A stretch of 64,000 bases of DNA from Azolla caroliniana (lineage: Eukaryota; Plantae; Polypodiophyta): NCBI GenBank assembly GCA_043228905.1, contig JBHGNT010000006.1, positions 14,260,001 through 14,324,000 on the forward strand, in the 5' to 3' direction. The notes below the pieces were generated by a model. The model worked only from the letters and a program-made list of their open reading frames with translations. It was not told the origin of the DNA and did not search any database. How positions within the stretch are numbered: position 1 is the first letter of the stretch; each line of letters opens with the position of its first letter. Both the position numbers and the translations under genes were made by a program. Below are positions 25,453 to 35,217 of this stretch, piece after piece.

Positions 25453-26591
25453 TCTTCTTCTAACTGACTAAGGACATCAAATTTGTTTGCTAGATCTGGG
25501 ATATTAGTACTATTAGGACTATCAGATATCCCTACTGAAATAGGTTCGGATTTAGTACAATTAGAACTAGCGACTATTTGGTTTACCTGTCTTCTTGGCC
25601 TATGGGGGCAATTTATTGCGATATGTCCTGGTCCACCGCAGTAAAGACATAGTCGATTTGTACGGCGTCGCTGCTTTTCTTCTTCGGATAATGGCCCTCG
25701 ACGACGTGTAGTGTCAATCTCCATCGGAGTCGGAGTATTCGCTGGAGACGCATTATATGACTCCCTCGGAAAAGGTCTTGCTACCACTGAGGCGTAGGTG
25801 GGCTCTGATCTTGCCCTCGGCATCTGTAGCTGTCGTTCTGAACGTCGCTCAAAGAGGCGGTTGTCACATCTCACCGCGCGACTGATTGCTTCTGTTAAGG
25901 ACTTTGGCTCTTCGGGGAAGGTCAAGAGTAAATCCTTGACGTCGTTGCGTAAACCATAACGGAATTGCTCCATCAACGCTTGATCATCCCAAGGGATATC
26001 GGCGGCGAGTAGGCGAAAATCTGCAGCGTATGCAGAGGCTGGACGGTCACCTTGGCGTAATCGCCGGATTTTGTTGATTGCGGTCCTGATGCTGTCAGTA
26101 TCTCCGAAACATGCTTTAAACTCACCTAGAAACTCTTCAAAATTGTTGAGTAACGGAGATTCCTTTTCTAATAGTGGAGCGAACCATGACAACGCTGAGC
26201 CACTTAACAAAGTGCCTACTAAACCCACTCGTGATGCATCGGTGGGATATCGGGAAGGATGCATTTGAATAACTAATCGTACCTGGTTAAGGAACCCTCT
26301 AAACTGCGATCGCGTTCCATCGAACTTCGTGGGAAGGCCAATCTTAGGTTCTTTATGAATCCCTTGTGTTCCGGGCTCATGTTGTTGCATCGCTACGATG
26401 GTGGCTTCGAGTTGTTGCACGCGTAACGCAAGTTCCCCATGTTGTTGTTGCGTTTGCTGCTTTTCTAAGGAGATTTGCTGAAGATCCCCCAGCAACCGTT
26501 GGTTTTCTTGTTCCAAAGCATGGAACTTCTCCTTCAAGCATTGGAATTCCGAGAAAACAGATTGATATTCTTCAGCGCTAACAGTGGCCAT
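25440..26591 (-). CDS. gag: Gag (coiled coil, capsid, CCHC knuckle; PEG10/sushi-like)
   Basis: EPKIGLPTKFDG, LRQGDRPASAYAADF, PTPMEID, CLYCGGPGHIAINC. Confidence 0.93.
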   Translation of the reverse strand: MATVSAEEYQSVFSEFQCLKEKFHALEQENQRLLGDLQQISLEKQQTQQQHGELALRVQQLEATIVAMQQHEPGTQGIHKEPKIGLPTKFDGTRSQFRGFLNQVRLVIQMHPSRYPTDASRVGLVGTLLSGSALSWFAPLLEKESPLLNNFEEFLGEFKACFGDTDSIRTAINKIRRLRQGDRPASAYAADFRLLAADIPWDDQALMEQFRYGLRNDVKDLLLTFPEEPKSLTEAISRAVRCDNRLFERRSERQLQMPRARSEPTYASVVARPFPRESYNASPANTPTPMEIDTTRRRGPLSEEEKQRRRTNRLCLYCGGPGHIAINCPHRPRRQVNQIVASSNCTKSEPISVGISDSPNSTNIPDLANKFDVLSQLEEELND

Positions 26592-26776
26592 GGGATGAAA
26601 GAAAAGAGGAATAAAAGATTAGTAGGAAATGAGAGAGACAGAAGGTAGGAAAATTGGTTCAAACAGTCATGAACAGTACTGAGACAGAGAAGGAATTAGT
26701 ACTAAACGAAGGATTAGTACTATGAGAGGTGTGGAACTTCTTCGAGAGAAGGAAGAAGTGAGCGAGACAGAGAGAA

Positions 26777-26815
<39 letters not shown>

Positions 26816-28122
26816 TGATAAGAAAGATATTTATTATATGAAGAGAATATACAACGGTGGCTAAAAGGCTTAAGACTGGCGTTGAACCAATTTGGTTCAA
26901 CATAATGCCTAATGCCCTCTTTTATAGTGTTTTCAGGAGTAATCCTGAAGCTTCTAGAATGTTCCAGAGAAATCTGGAATATACACTAATTTCCTATAAT
27001 AAAATGTAAATGAAAATAATATCCTACGTATTACAATAGATGGTCTAATGGTCAAGAGCTCGACCCATATAACCTAAGGTCATGGGTTCGAGTCTTGCCA
27101 TATCATGACAGACACCGGACCGGAGATGCTTCTTATCCTACACAGCCGGTGATCATGGTTGTGTCTTGATGGGGAATGAAGGCACATGCCGAATTGTCGG
27201 CATAGGAAATGTGTTGTTGACGACATCAACCGGATGCAAGTTATTGTTGAAGGATGTCCGACACGTTGTCGAGGTATTATGCAAGTGCGTATGGAAACGA
27301 GGCGGGACCGCGGGGGTCTCGAACCAAAGAGCCAGCGAGGGAGGAGAAAGAGAGAGAACCGGCTACGCAGGACCGGGGATACACAGGGACACGGCCCTTC
27401 AGCACGGAGAATGCGTCCAGACACCGACACAGACAGACGCGAATGACTAATTATGTATATTAACAGAAATGGCTAACACTACTACAACCCTCGATGGGGC
27501 ACAGGTTGGTTACAACCGAACAGGCCGGCGAACAGACGCCGATGCCTGTTCGCTTCGACGCACAAAGGGGTAGCAGGTCGGAGGTGCTGCCGGAAGCTCT
27601 CCGGGCGTTCCTCGAAACAGCGCGAGCCTCCTCCGAACCCTGCACAGAAAGCTATGGAGCTCAATAAGGAAGGAAACAGAGAGAGAAGCGTCCGGAAACG
27701 GTCCGACAGCACTTCGTCCTCTCTGCCCGAGATCCCTGCAACAGCTCTTTCCTGCTCCTTATATAGGCCGTTGAGCAGGCCGTCGTGTCAGCTTTATTCC
27801 CTGTCCCTTTTGGACAGGGATCTCCTCTGTTCTTCACGCATCCGCGTAGTTACGCCGCCGACTCGTACAGTTCGCGCGCGTGACCGAAAAGACTGTTCGC
27901 GCGGTCTTTGTCTCCACTCGTGTTAGGGCCCGTTCCTGCCGATTATCCTCCTAATTCGATTCTATGTACAACTTGGAGCGTGCGCGCGTGAAGAACCGGT
28001 TCCCACGCCTCGGTGCGCCGATTCCGCTTAGGGACGGTTTTCTTCACGACATCCGCCCCCACCTAACCGCGCATCCTCCGGTATGCGCCAAGAGAGTTGG
28101 GACGGAGAAAACCGGCCCGTCT

Positions 28123-31100
28123 TCATTCCTCGCCCGTCGGTTCTTCCTCGTTTTCGGATCGTTCGTCACTGCTGACTAGGAGAGCCGGGTCGGGCTCGTC
28201 GTCGTGTCGCTTCTTGAACGCTTTGATCCGCTTCCCTGCAACCGGTATCGCCATTCTCGTGCCGTCGAGTTCCGCCAGGTGATATGTCCCGTTGCCATTG
28301 GCGCTCCGTACCGCGTAAGGCCCAAACCACCTTCGTGCGAACTTCCGTGTAGCTCGGTGCTGGTTGTCGAGGCTGCTGTCGTAGACGAGCACCCAGTCAC
28401 CTTCTTCGATCTTCTTCGGTCGGAGCCGGTGCGTTCGGTCGAACCTGGCTTTGTTCTTTGCCCTCGCCACCCGGAGCCTCTCCGTAGCCAGTTCCACGTC
28501 CTCCGGTCTCCGCTCGAGCTGTCGTATACGCGCGGCCAACAACTCCTCCCGGCTCATCTCGTCCCTCCAGTCGACCGTTGCCCACGAGGAGATCGTCCGT
28601 TCCATCGGCATGATCGGCTTCTGGCCGAACATGAGCTCCGTCGGCATGTACCCGGTTACCGAACTGTGCGTGGTCCGGTCTGCCCACAAAGCATAAGGTA
28701 GCAGCCGCGGCCAGTTACCGACTTGGCCTCCGCATGCCCGAACCAACGCCTTGACGATCGGCCCGTGTCCGCGCTCCACCTTCCCATTCGCCTCCGGATT
28801 GTACGCAGTGGTGAGCGAGAGCTTAACTCCGAGCCGGTCGAACAGCTCCGCGGCTTCTTCGGCGTCCAACTCCCCTCGATCAGCCACGATCTTCCCGACG
28901 CACCCGTACCGGCATATCACGTCCTCGATTAGGAACCGACATACGGCCGCGGTCGTTTTGTTCGGGAGGGCTCGGCCTTCCACCTGGTTCGTCAGATCCT
29001 CCCGTGCTAGGACCAGGTACCGCATCTGTCCTACCCCCATTGGCATCGTCACCAGATCTACCATCCATTTGAAGTGGATGGTCGGAGGGTACGTAGGGTG
29101 AAGCTCGTCCCGGTGTCGGACTATGGAGTGCATCTGACAGCTCTCGCAAGTTGTCACGAACCGATGCACGTCCTGGTACTGCCCCGGCCACCAATACTTC
29201 CCCTTCAGTTTCTCAAACGTAGCCCATGTCCCACGGTGTCCAGCCCAAGGGCTGTCGTGGCAGGCCGCTAGCAGCTCCTCCTGATCTTCCTTCATTGCCA
29301 CCACCCGGAGCGGGACGCCGTTCCTCTTCTTCGGGTGCTTCCACAAGTATCCATCCCGGAGAAAGAACCGGTACGCTTTCTTCCGGATCCGTTTGGCCTC
29401 GTCTTTCGTCCATGACGCATCCGGCGCCATTGTCCTCAAGAACCCGCCGATCTGCAGCCACTCCCCGTCGTACTTGCTCGCGTCGAAGTCGTTAAGCGCC
29501 GGAGTGCTCGTCCCGCCGGTTGTTACGTATGCTGCCTTGAAGAAGTCCACGCCGACCTCCTCGTCCTCCGAAACCATGGCGCCCTCGTCATCGAATCTCG
29601 CCCTTGAAAGCATGTCGGCCATGGCGTTGTCTTTCCCGGAAATGTGTCGTATTTCCGGGTCCAGGGACTTGATGTACGCTATCCACCTGAGCATTGCCAG
29701 GTCCGGCGTCGCGCATCCGTAAACCATGCCGAGAATCGGCATGCAATCCGTCTCTATGATTACCTCTGTCCCGATCAGATAGTCCTTGTCGGTCTTCACC
29801 GCCGAAACGATACCCCAGAGTTCGCGTTTAACCTGGGCGTATCCCCGTTGCCGCTCACTGAGGACCTTCGCGCCGAATCGGATCGGAAACCGATTGCCGT
29901 CCCCGTCTTCTTGGTTGACGACCCACCCGATTCGGGTCGGACTCGTGTCCACCGTTATGTACACTGGGGTGCCCTTCCTGTAGACAGCCTTTCGGAGCGC
30001 CGGTGCTGCCGAAAGAGCCTCCTTCAGCTTCCGGACCGACTCCGCGTGCTTGTCTAGCCATTCGAATCTTCGCCCTTTCTTCAATAATCCGTACAGCGGC
30101 TCCGCGACGTGCGCGTAATGCGGGATCCATATGTGGTAGAAGGCGCATGCTCCCAAGAATCTTCGTACTTCCGTGACCGAGCTGCAGTCAGGCTTCATCG
30201 CGGAGATGGCTTCTACCTTTGCCGGAGACGGTTTCCGGCCATATGGTCCACATAAATGTCCGACCACCATGATTTCCGACTGCCCGAAGGCTGACTTCTC
30301 CCCCGAGAAGGTGAGCCTCGCATCCTCTAGCCTTTGCAGCACCTTCTCGCAGTCGTCAATGTGCGTCACCACGAATCGCCGGCATCCGTCCGGCCCGATC
30401 GTCTCGTCCTTCTCTTCTACCGGGCATCCCTTGATCGGGATGTCGTCTAGAAACGGCATGGTGATGTCCGGGACGCAGTCCCTCAGCACCTTGTTCATTG
30501 CATTCACCATGTGGGCCACCGAGTTGGTCCCTCCTTGTGGCAGCGTACACATCCGCACTAGGCCGAGGGGAGTTCGCATCGTCGTAATGTCTCTGCTCTC
30601 CACGGCTAGCTGGAACTGGTCGTACCCTGAGTATAGATCACCGACCGAGTAAATCGACCTTCCGGCGAAGGCCTCCGCGAACTCGTCTATGGTCGGTCCG
30701 ATCCCTGCGTTCCGAATGGTCACCCTATTGACCGGTTGCAGGTCCTGAATGAAGCGCAATGATCCGTTTTTCTTTGGTACGGTAAACCATCGGTTTGAAT
30801 ACGGGGCGCTCGACGGCTCGAGAATGCCCATATCAACTTTCTGCTTCAACTGCTCCATCAACTTCGGGATGTGAGCTCTCGGAACCGGAATTGGCTTGAG
30901 ATTCCACGGTACATGCGGTACCGTGAATATCACCATTGGCTCTACGATCGTCGGGTCTACGCACCCGATTTCCTCCGGTGAGAATGCGAAGGCTTTCCCG
31001 TGCCTTCCGAGCATTCTCCGAAACCGGTCTTCCTCCACCGGCAGTAGGAACCCGCCCCCACCGATCTTCAGCTCGCGGAGCGTCTCGTTGGTGAAGGTGT

Positions 31101-31611
31101 GTCCTATGCAGGCCGGATCTCGTAAGCTGGGGTCCGATGCAACCCCTTTGATTCGGGATTCGCTGCCCTCCGGTAAGGGCGCCGCAACTGGCCTCACCTT
31201 CCGGTCCACAGTCTTGTACTTGGTGCTAACTCGGGCCGTTGGTCCCGACTCGAACCCTCGACCGAAGTCCGCGATGACTTCGTACATCTCTTCGGAACAT
31301 ACCGGTATCGTCCGGTCTTCGTTAAGGTCTTCTTCGACTACCTTCCCCAGCATTCCCAAGGTGTCGTCGAGGGAGACTGCCTCCACGGCTCCGTCGATTT
31401 CCTCGTCAGGGCCGAGAACTCCGCACGCCCGAAGTCTCCCCTCCGTCTTTGTTTTCTCTCGGCCGGCGATGCCGACCATCGTACATGCTCCGCTGTCGGA
31501 GAAGCAAAATTCCCTACCTGTCGTACACGGTTTTATCGTACAGATGTGAGGTTTTTCCGGAGCATCCGGACTGTCGCGGCTCCACGCCTTGGCAGTCCTC
31601 TCTAAAAATCC
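28123..31611 (-). CDS. pol: Pol (RT, RNase H, integrase), entered by predicted -1 frameshift after the protease
   Basis: DLYSGYDQF, LPQGGTNS, FLDD, TVDTS, HRGTWAT...CESC, RWFGPY; frame open from GGATTTT at 31605-31611. Confidence 0.9.
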   Translation of the reverse strand, partial: GFLERTAKAWSRDSPDAPEKPHICTIKPCTTGREFCFSDSGACTMVGIAGREKTKTEGRLRACGVLGPDEEIDGAVEAVSLDDTLGMLGKVVEEDLNEDRTIPVCSEEMYEVIADFGRGFESGPTARVSTKYKTVDRKVRPVAAPLPEGSESRIKGVASDPSLRDPACIGHTFTNETLRELKIGGGGFLLPVEEDRFRRMLGRHGKAFAFSPEEIGCVDPTIVEPMVIFTVPHVPWNLKPIPVPRAHIPKLMEQLKQKVDMGILEPSSAPYSNRWFTVPKKNGSLRFIQDLQPVNRVTIRNAGIGPTIDEFAEAFAGRSIYSVGDLYSGYDQFQLAVESRDITTMRTPLGLVRMCTLPQGGTNSVAHMVNAMNKVLRDCVPDITMPFLDDIPIKGCPVEEKDETIGPDGCRRFVVTHIDDCEKVLQRLEDARLTFSGEKSAFGQSEIMVVGHLCGPYGRKPSPAKVEAISAMKPDCSSVTEVRRFLGACAFYHIWIPHYAHVAEPLYGLLKKGRRFEWLDKHAESVRKLKEALSAAPALRKAVYRKGTPVYITVDTSPTRIGWVVNQEDGDGNRFPIRFGAKVLSERQRGYAQVKRELWGIVSAVKTDKDYLIGTEVIIETDCMPILGMVYGCATPDLAMLRWIAYIKSLDPEIRHISGKDNAMADMLSRARFDDEGAMVSEDEEVGVDFFKAAYVTTGGTSTPALNDFDASKYDGEWLQIGGFLRTMAPDASWTKDEAKRIRKKAYRFFLRDGYLWKHPKKRNGVPLRVVAMKEDQEELLAACHDSPWAGHRGTWATFEKLKGKYWWPGQYQDVHRFVTTCESCQMHSIVRHRDELHPTYPPTIHFKWMVDLVTMPMGVGQMRYLVLAREDLTNQVEGRALPNKTTAAVCRFLIEDVICRYGCVGKIVADRGELDAEEAAELFDRLGVKLSLTTAYNPEANGKVERGHGPIVKALVRACGGQVGNWPRLLPYALWADRTTHSSVTGYMPTELMFGQKPIMPMERTISSWATVDWRDEMSREELLAARIRQLERRPEDVELATERLRVARAKNKARFDRTHRLRPKKIEEGDWVLVYDSSLDNQHRATRKFARRWFGPYAVRSANGNGTYHLAELDGTRMAIPVAGKRIKAFKKRHDDEPDPALLVSSDERSENEEEPTGEE

Positions 31612-33728
31612 TCTCGGTTTTCGGAACCGAGGGAGTTGCGGTTGCGTTCGTGGTTCGGCCTTACCGTCAGAAACTGGACCGAATGGCGCCCGTCTTGGCT
31701 TTTGACCCTCGCGTAAGCCGAACCATTGTCCAGCACCTTGGTCTCCATTCGCGCCGCCGTGATGTACGGCTCTCCCAGTATGACCGGATGCGAAGACGTC
31801 TCCTGCACGAAGAAGTGCTGGTCAATCTCGACGTCGCCGATCTTGACTCGCACATTCGGGCAGGCCCCGTGCAGTTCCTCGGTGGCGCGCGTTGCTGCCC
31901 TTATTTTCCACCCGTGCTTGGTGTTGATCGGCCATTTGCCCCTCTTATAGAAGTCCATGGACATCAAATTGATCTCCGATCCGTGGTCCACCAAAGCTAT
32001 CACCGGTTCCTGGACATCGCCGATCTTCACCGGGGTTTCCGTGGTCGCTCGGGCCCAGTGTGGTCTCGAATAGTGGCTTTCCGCCCACTCATCTCCCAGC
32101 GCCATGTCGTCTAGGTGCGTCGTCCGCACTTCCACCGGTCTTTCCGGTTCTGTCTCCGTTGACAGCCTCTTCCGTTTCACCAAGTCCACGATGGAGTCGT
32201 GGAACTCCTTCTTGGCGATTCCCAGCACCTCTCGTAACGACAGCTCCACCTTGCTGTCGAGGATCCGTTCCTCCAGGACCTTTCGTAAGTCCGTGGTCCT
32301 TTCTATCTCCGTCCCCAGACGGTACCCGCCCTTCTGGGGTTTATCTTGCGTACCGGCCCCGCCGGTTTCGTCCCGCCGTGGCCCGGACCGGGTCTCGTAT
32401 CGTTGTGAGGGCCCGGTCGTCCCGGGTTTCCCCACCCGCTTCTCTTCTACCAGAGCCTCGTAGTTCTGGCAAGCGGCTTCCACGAAGCCCGTCTTTTCCT
32501 CGACCGGGTCGCTCCACCCGGTCATCTCCCGTACCCGTTTCTCCGCACGGTCCGATTCCTCCCCTTTAAGCCTTGCACCGGCAAGGCCTTCCAGCATCGT
32601 CGGCCAGAATCCGGCTTTGCTTTCCCTTCGGGCCTCGCCGCCCCCGACTCGAATGCCGGCCGACGCCGAGTAGTGGACGGTTTCCGCGTGTCGGGCCGCC
32701 GCCTCTTCCATCAACCTTTTCATACCACCTCGCCCGTCATTTCAGCTCAGGGCCCTTCGGGTGTCGCTGGCATGCACCCGCCCTTCCCACAGGTACACCA
32801 CCCTGTCCCTCAGCGCCTCCGCGAAGTCGCCGCAGTCCTTCCGAATGTGGCCGACTTCATCGCACCACATGCACCTGTTTCCTGCCGCCGGCCGTCGGTC
32901 ACGAGCCGGTTTGCCACCTTCCCTTCGGGCTTGCGCGATTTGGAGGTCCTTTATCGCCCTCATCAATTCCTCCAGCGCCGCTCCTCCGGTTGAGCCTCTG
33001 ACTACGCCGGTCGAAGCCGAACCGGTTTCCAACCACTCTCGGGTCTCTTCCTTTCGCACCTGTGGCGCTGGTTCGAGCTTCCTTGCTGCGACCGAGCCCG
33101 ACCCGGTTGCCCCGTTATCCGCCCATTCTCGTCGTTTGTCGAAACGGCCACAGACTTTCTTGACAGCCGCCCAGTCGGTAGTGAGCCCGTCTTCGGTTTC
33201 CAGCAAGAGGCCCACTTGCTCCCGATCCCGCTCGTCGACCGACTTGACAAACAGCAAGACCCGGCTCGTGTCCAGGATGGTTCGGTCGAGCGCCGAAAGG
33301 CGCGCAAAGTTTTCCTCGAACTCCCGGAGGAGTGCCGAAGCGTTTCTTCCCTTCCCCGGGGACTCCACCCATTCCATGAACCTTCGCTTCGAAAGCCGGA
33401 GCGCGTCGTCCAGCCCGTATTTCTCTAGGAGCCGACCTTCGAACTCCTCCCAGGTACGGCTCTCCGCCCGCACCTCGAGCACCTCCGCATGGATGCTCGG
33501 CATCGCCACTCGGGGAAATCCGGCAAGACGCCTTTCTTCCGGAATGTCTCGCATCAGCATCTCTGCACCGTAGGACGCCAAATACTTCGTGGCATCCTTC
33601 CCATCGAACCGGCCGATCGTGCCGACGACCGCCTCAATAGCTCTGTCGAGGGCACCGGCGCCCTCGCGCGTGTTTACAATCCGATCCACGGCCGAAGCCA
33701 TGGCCTCTGCAAGATCCGACCCCCTCAT
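31602..33728 (-). pseudogene. gag: Gag-protease ORF with one in-frame TGA at 32742
   Basis: ORFs 32742-33755 and 31602-32723 share a frame; CMWCDEVGHIRKDC knuckle; protease LVDHGSEIN and VILGEPY. Confidence 0.85.
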
Positions 33729-33750
33729 CTTCTGCTCTTCTGCCGCCTCC

Positions 33751-33768
33751 TTCACGTCGGGTTCACCA
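33751..33768 (-). other. Primer binding site complementary to the tRNA-Trp 3' end
   Basis: Plus strand TTCACGTCGGGTTCACCA equals the plant cytosolic tRNA-Trp 3' end plus CCA (tRNA sequence recalled, not searched). Confidence 0.8.
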
Positions 33769-35217
33769 AAGATGTCGAGGTATTATGCAAGTGCGTATGG
33801 AAACGAGGCGGGACCACGGGGGTCTCGAACCAAAGAGCCAGCGAGGGAGGAGAAAGAGAGAGAACCGGCTACGCAGGACCGGGGATACACAGGGACACGG
33901 CCCTTCAGCACGGAGAATGCGTCCAGACACCGACACAGACAGACGCGAATGACTAATTATGTATATTAACAGAAATGGCTAACACTACTACAACCCTCGA
34001 TGGGGCACAGGTTGGTTACAACCGAACAGGCCGGCGAACAGACGCCGATGCCTGTTCGCTTCGACGCACAAAGGGGTAGCAGGTCGGAGGTGCTGCCGGA
34101 AGCTCTCCGGGCGTTCCTCGAAACAGCGCGAGCCTCCTCCGAACCCTGCACAGAAAGCTATGGAGCTCAATAAGGAAGGAAATAGAGAGAGAAGCGTCCG
34201 GAAACGGTCCGACAGCACTTCGTCCTCTCTGCCCGAGATCCCTGCAACAGCTCTTTCCTGCTCCTTATATAGGCCGTTGAGCAGGCCGTCGTGTCAGCTT
34301 TATTCCCTGTCCCTTTTGGACAGGGATCTCCTCTGTTCTTCACGCATCCGCGTAGTTACGCCGCCGACTCGTACAGTTCGCGCGCGTGACCGAAAAGACT
34401 GTTCGCGCGGTCTTTGTCTCCACTCGTGTTAGGGCCCGTTCCTGCCGATTATCCTCCTAATTCGATTCTATGTACAACTTGGAGCGTGCGCGCGTGAAGA
34501 ACCGGTTCCCACGCCTCGGTGCGCCGATTCCGCTTAGGGACGGTTTTCTTCACGACAACGTTCTAGAGGTTCGATTGAACCTGATATCACCCGGTCGGCT
34601 AGATGACGAAGGCTACACACGGGTAGCATCCAGAATGGAGTCATGAAGTTCAACAAGGGAAGCTTGATTGTGGCTCGAGCCTGGAAGGTCAACACATTGT
34701 ACCTAATGCATGCCCGGATATGCCAGGAAGAAGTGAACGTAGCATCCGACACTTCCGGTGAGCTGTGGCACAAAAGACTGTGTCACGTGAGTGAGAAGGG
34801 GATGAAGAGGCTTGCCGAAGACAACCTCATTCCAGTGAAGGACGCACAACTTAAGAAGTTTACCGATTGCTTGGCCGGCAAGGAAAACTGAACCTCCTTC
34901 CAGTCAAGACCACTGATGAGACGGAATGCACCACTGGAGCTGGTGCATATCGATGTGTGTCAAGTGGACACGAAGTCACATGCCGAATCGCAGTACTTCG
35001 TGACGTTCATAGACAACCACAGCCGTAAGCTGTGGGTCTCAGCCCTGAAGACGAAGGATCAGGTTCTATTCGTCTTCAAGGAGCTCCATGCGAGAGTGGA
35101 AAGAGAAACCGGCCGGAAGTTGAAGGCGGTTCGAGCAGATAATGGAGGAGAATACCGGGGACAGTTCGAGGAGTACTGCCGGTTGAAGGGAATCCGGCTC
35201 GAATTTACCGTGCCGAA

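Larger units (their letters stand above)
21416..27110 (-). mobile_element. Intact Tcn1/sushi-type chromovirus
   Basis: LTRs 21416-21863 and 26665-27110 nearly identical; TSD GACAC; PPT AAAGGGAGGATAG; intact gag and pol; no tRNA PBS. Confidence 0.95.
27267..34557 (-). mobile_element. Near-intact non-chromovirus gypsy with tRNA-Trp PBS
   Basis: 785-bp LTRs 27267-28051 and 33773-34557 (2 differences seen); 4-bp TSD ACGT; PPT GGGGGCGGA; PBS TGGTGAACCCGACGTGAA. Confidence 0.95.

Noticed and set aside
32742-32744. Programmed read-through between gag and protease
   Set aside because: The relative at ~18135 has a sense codon at the aligned position; likely a single nonsense mutation
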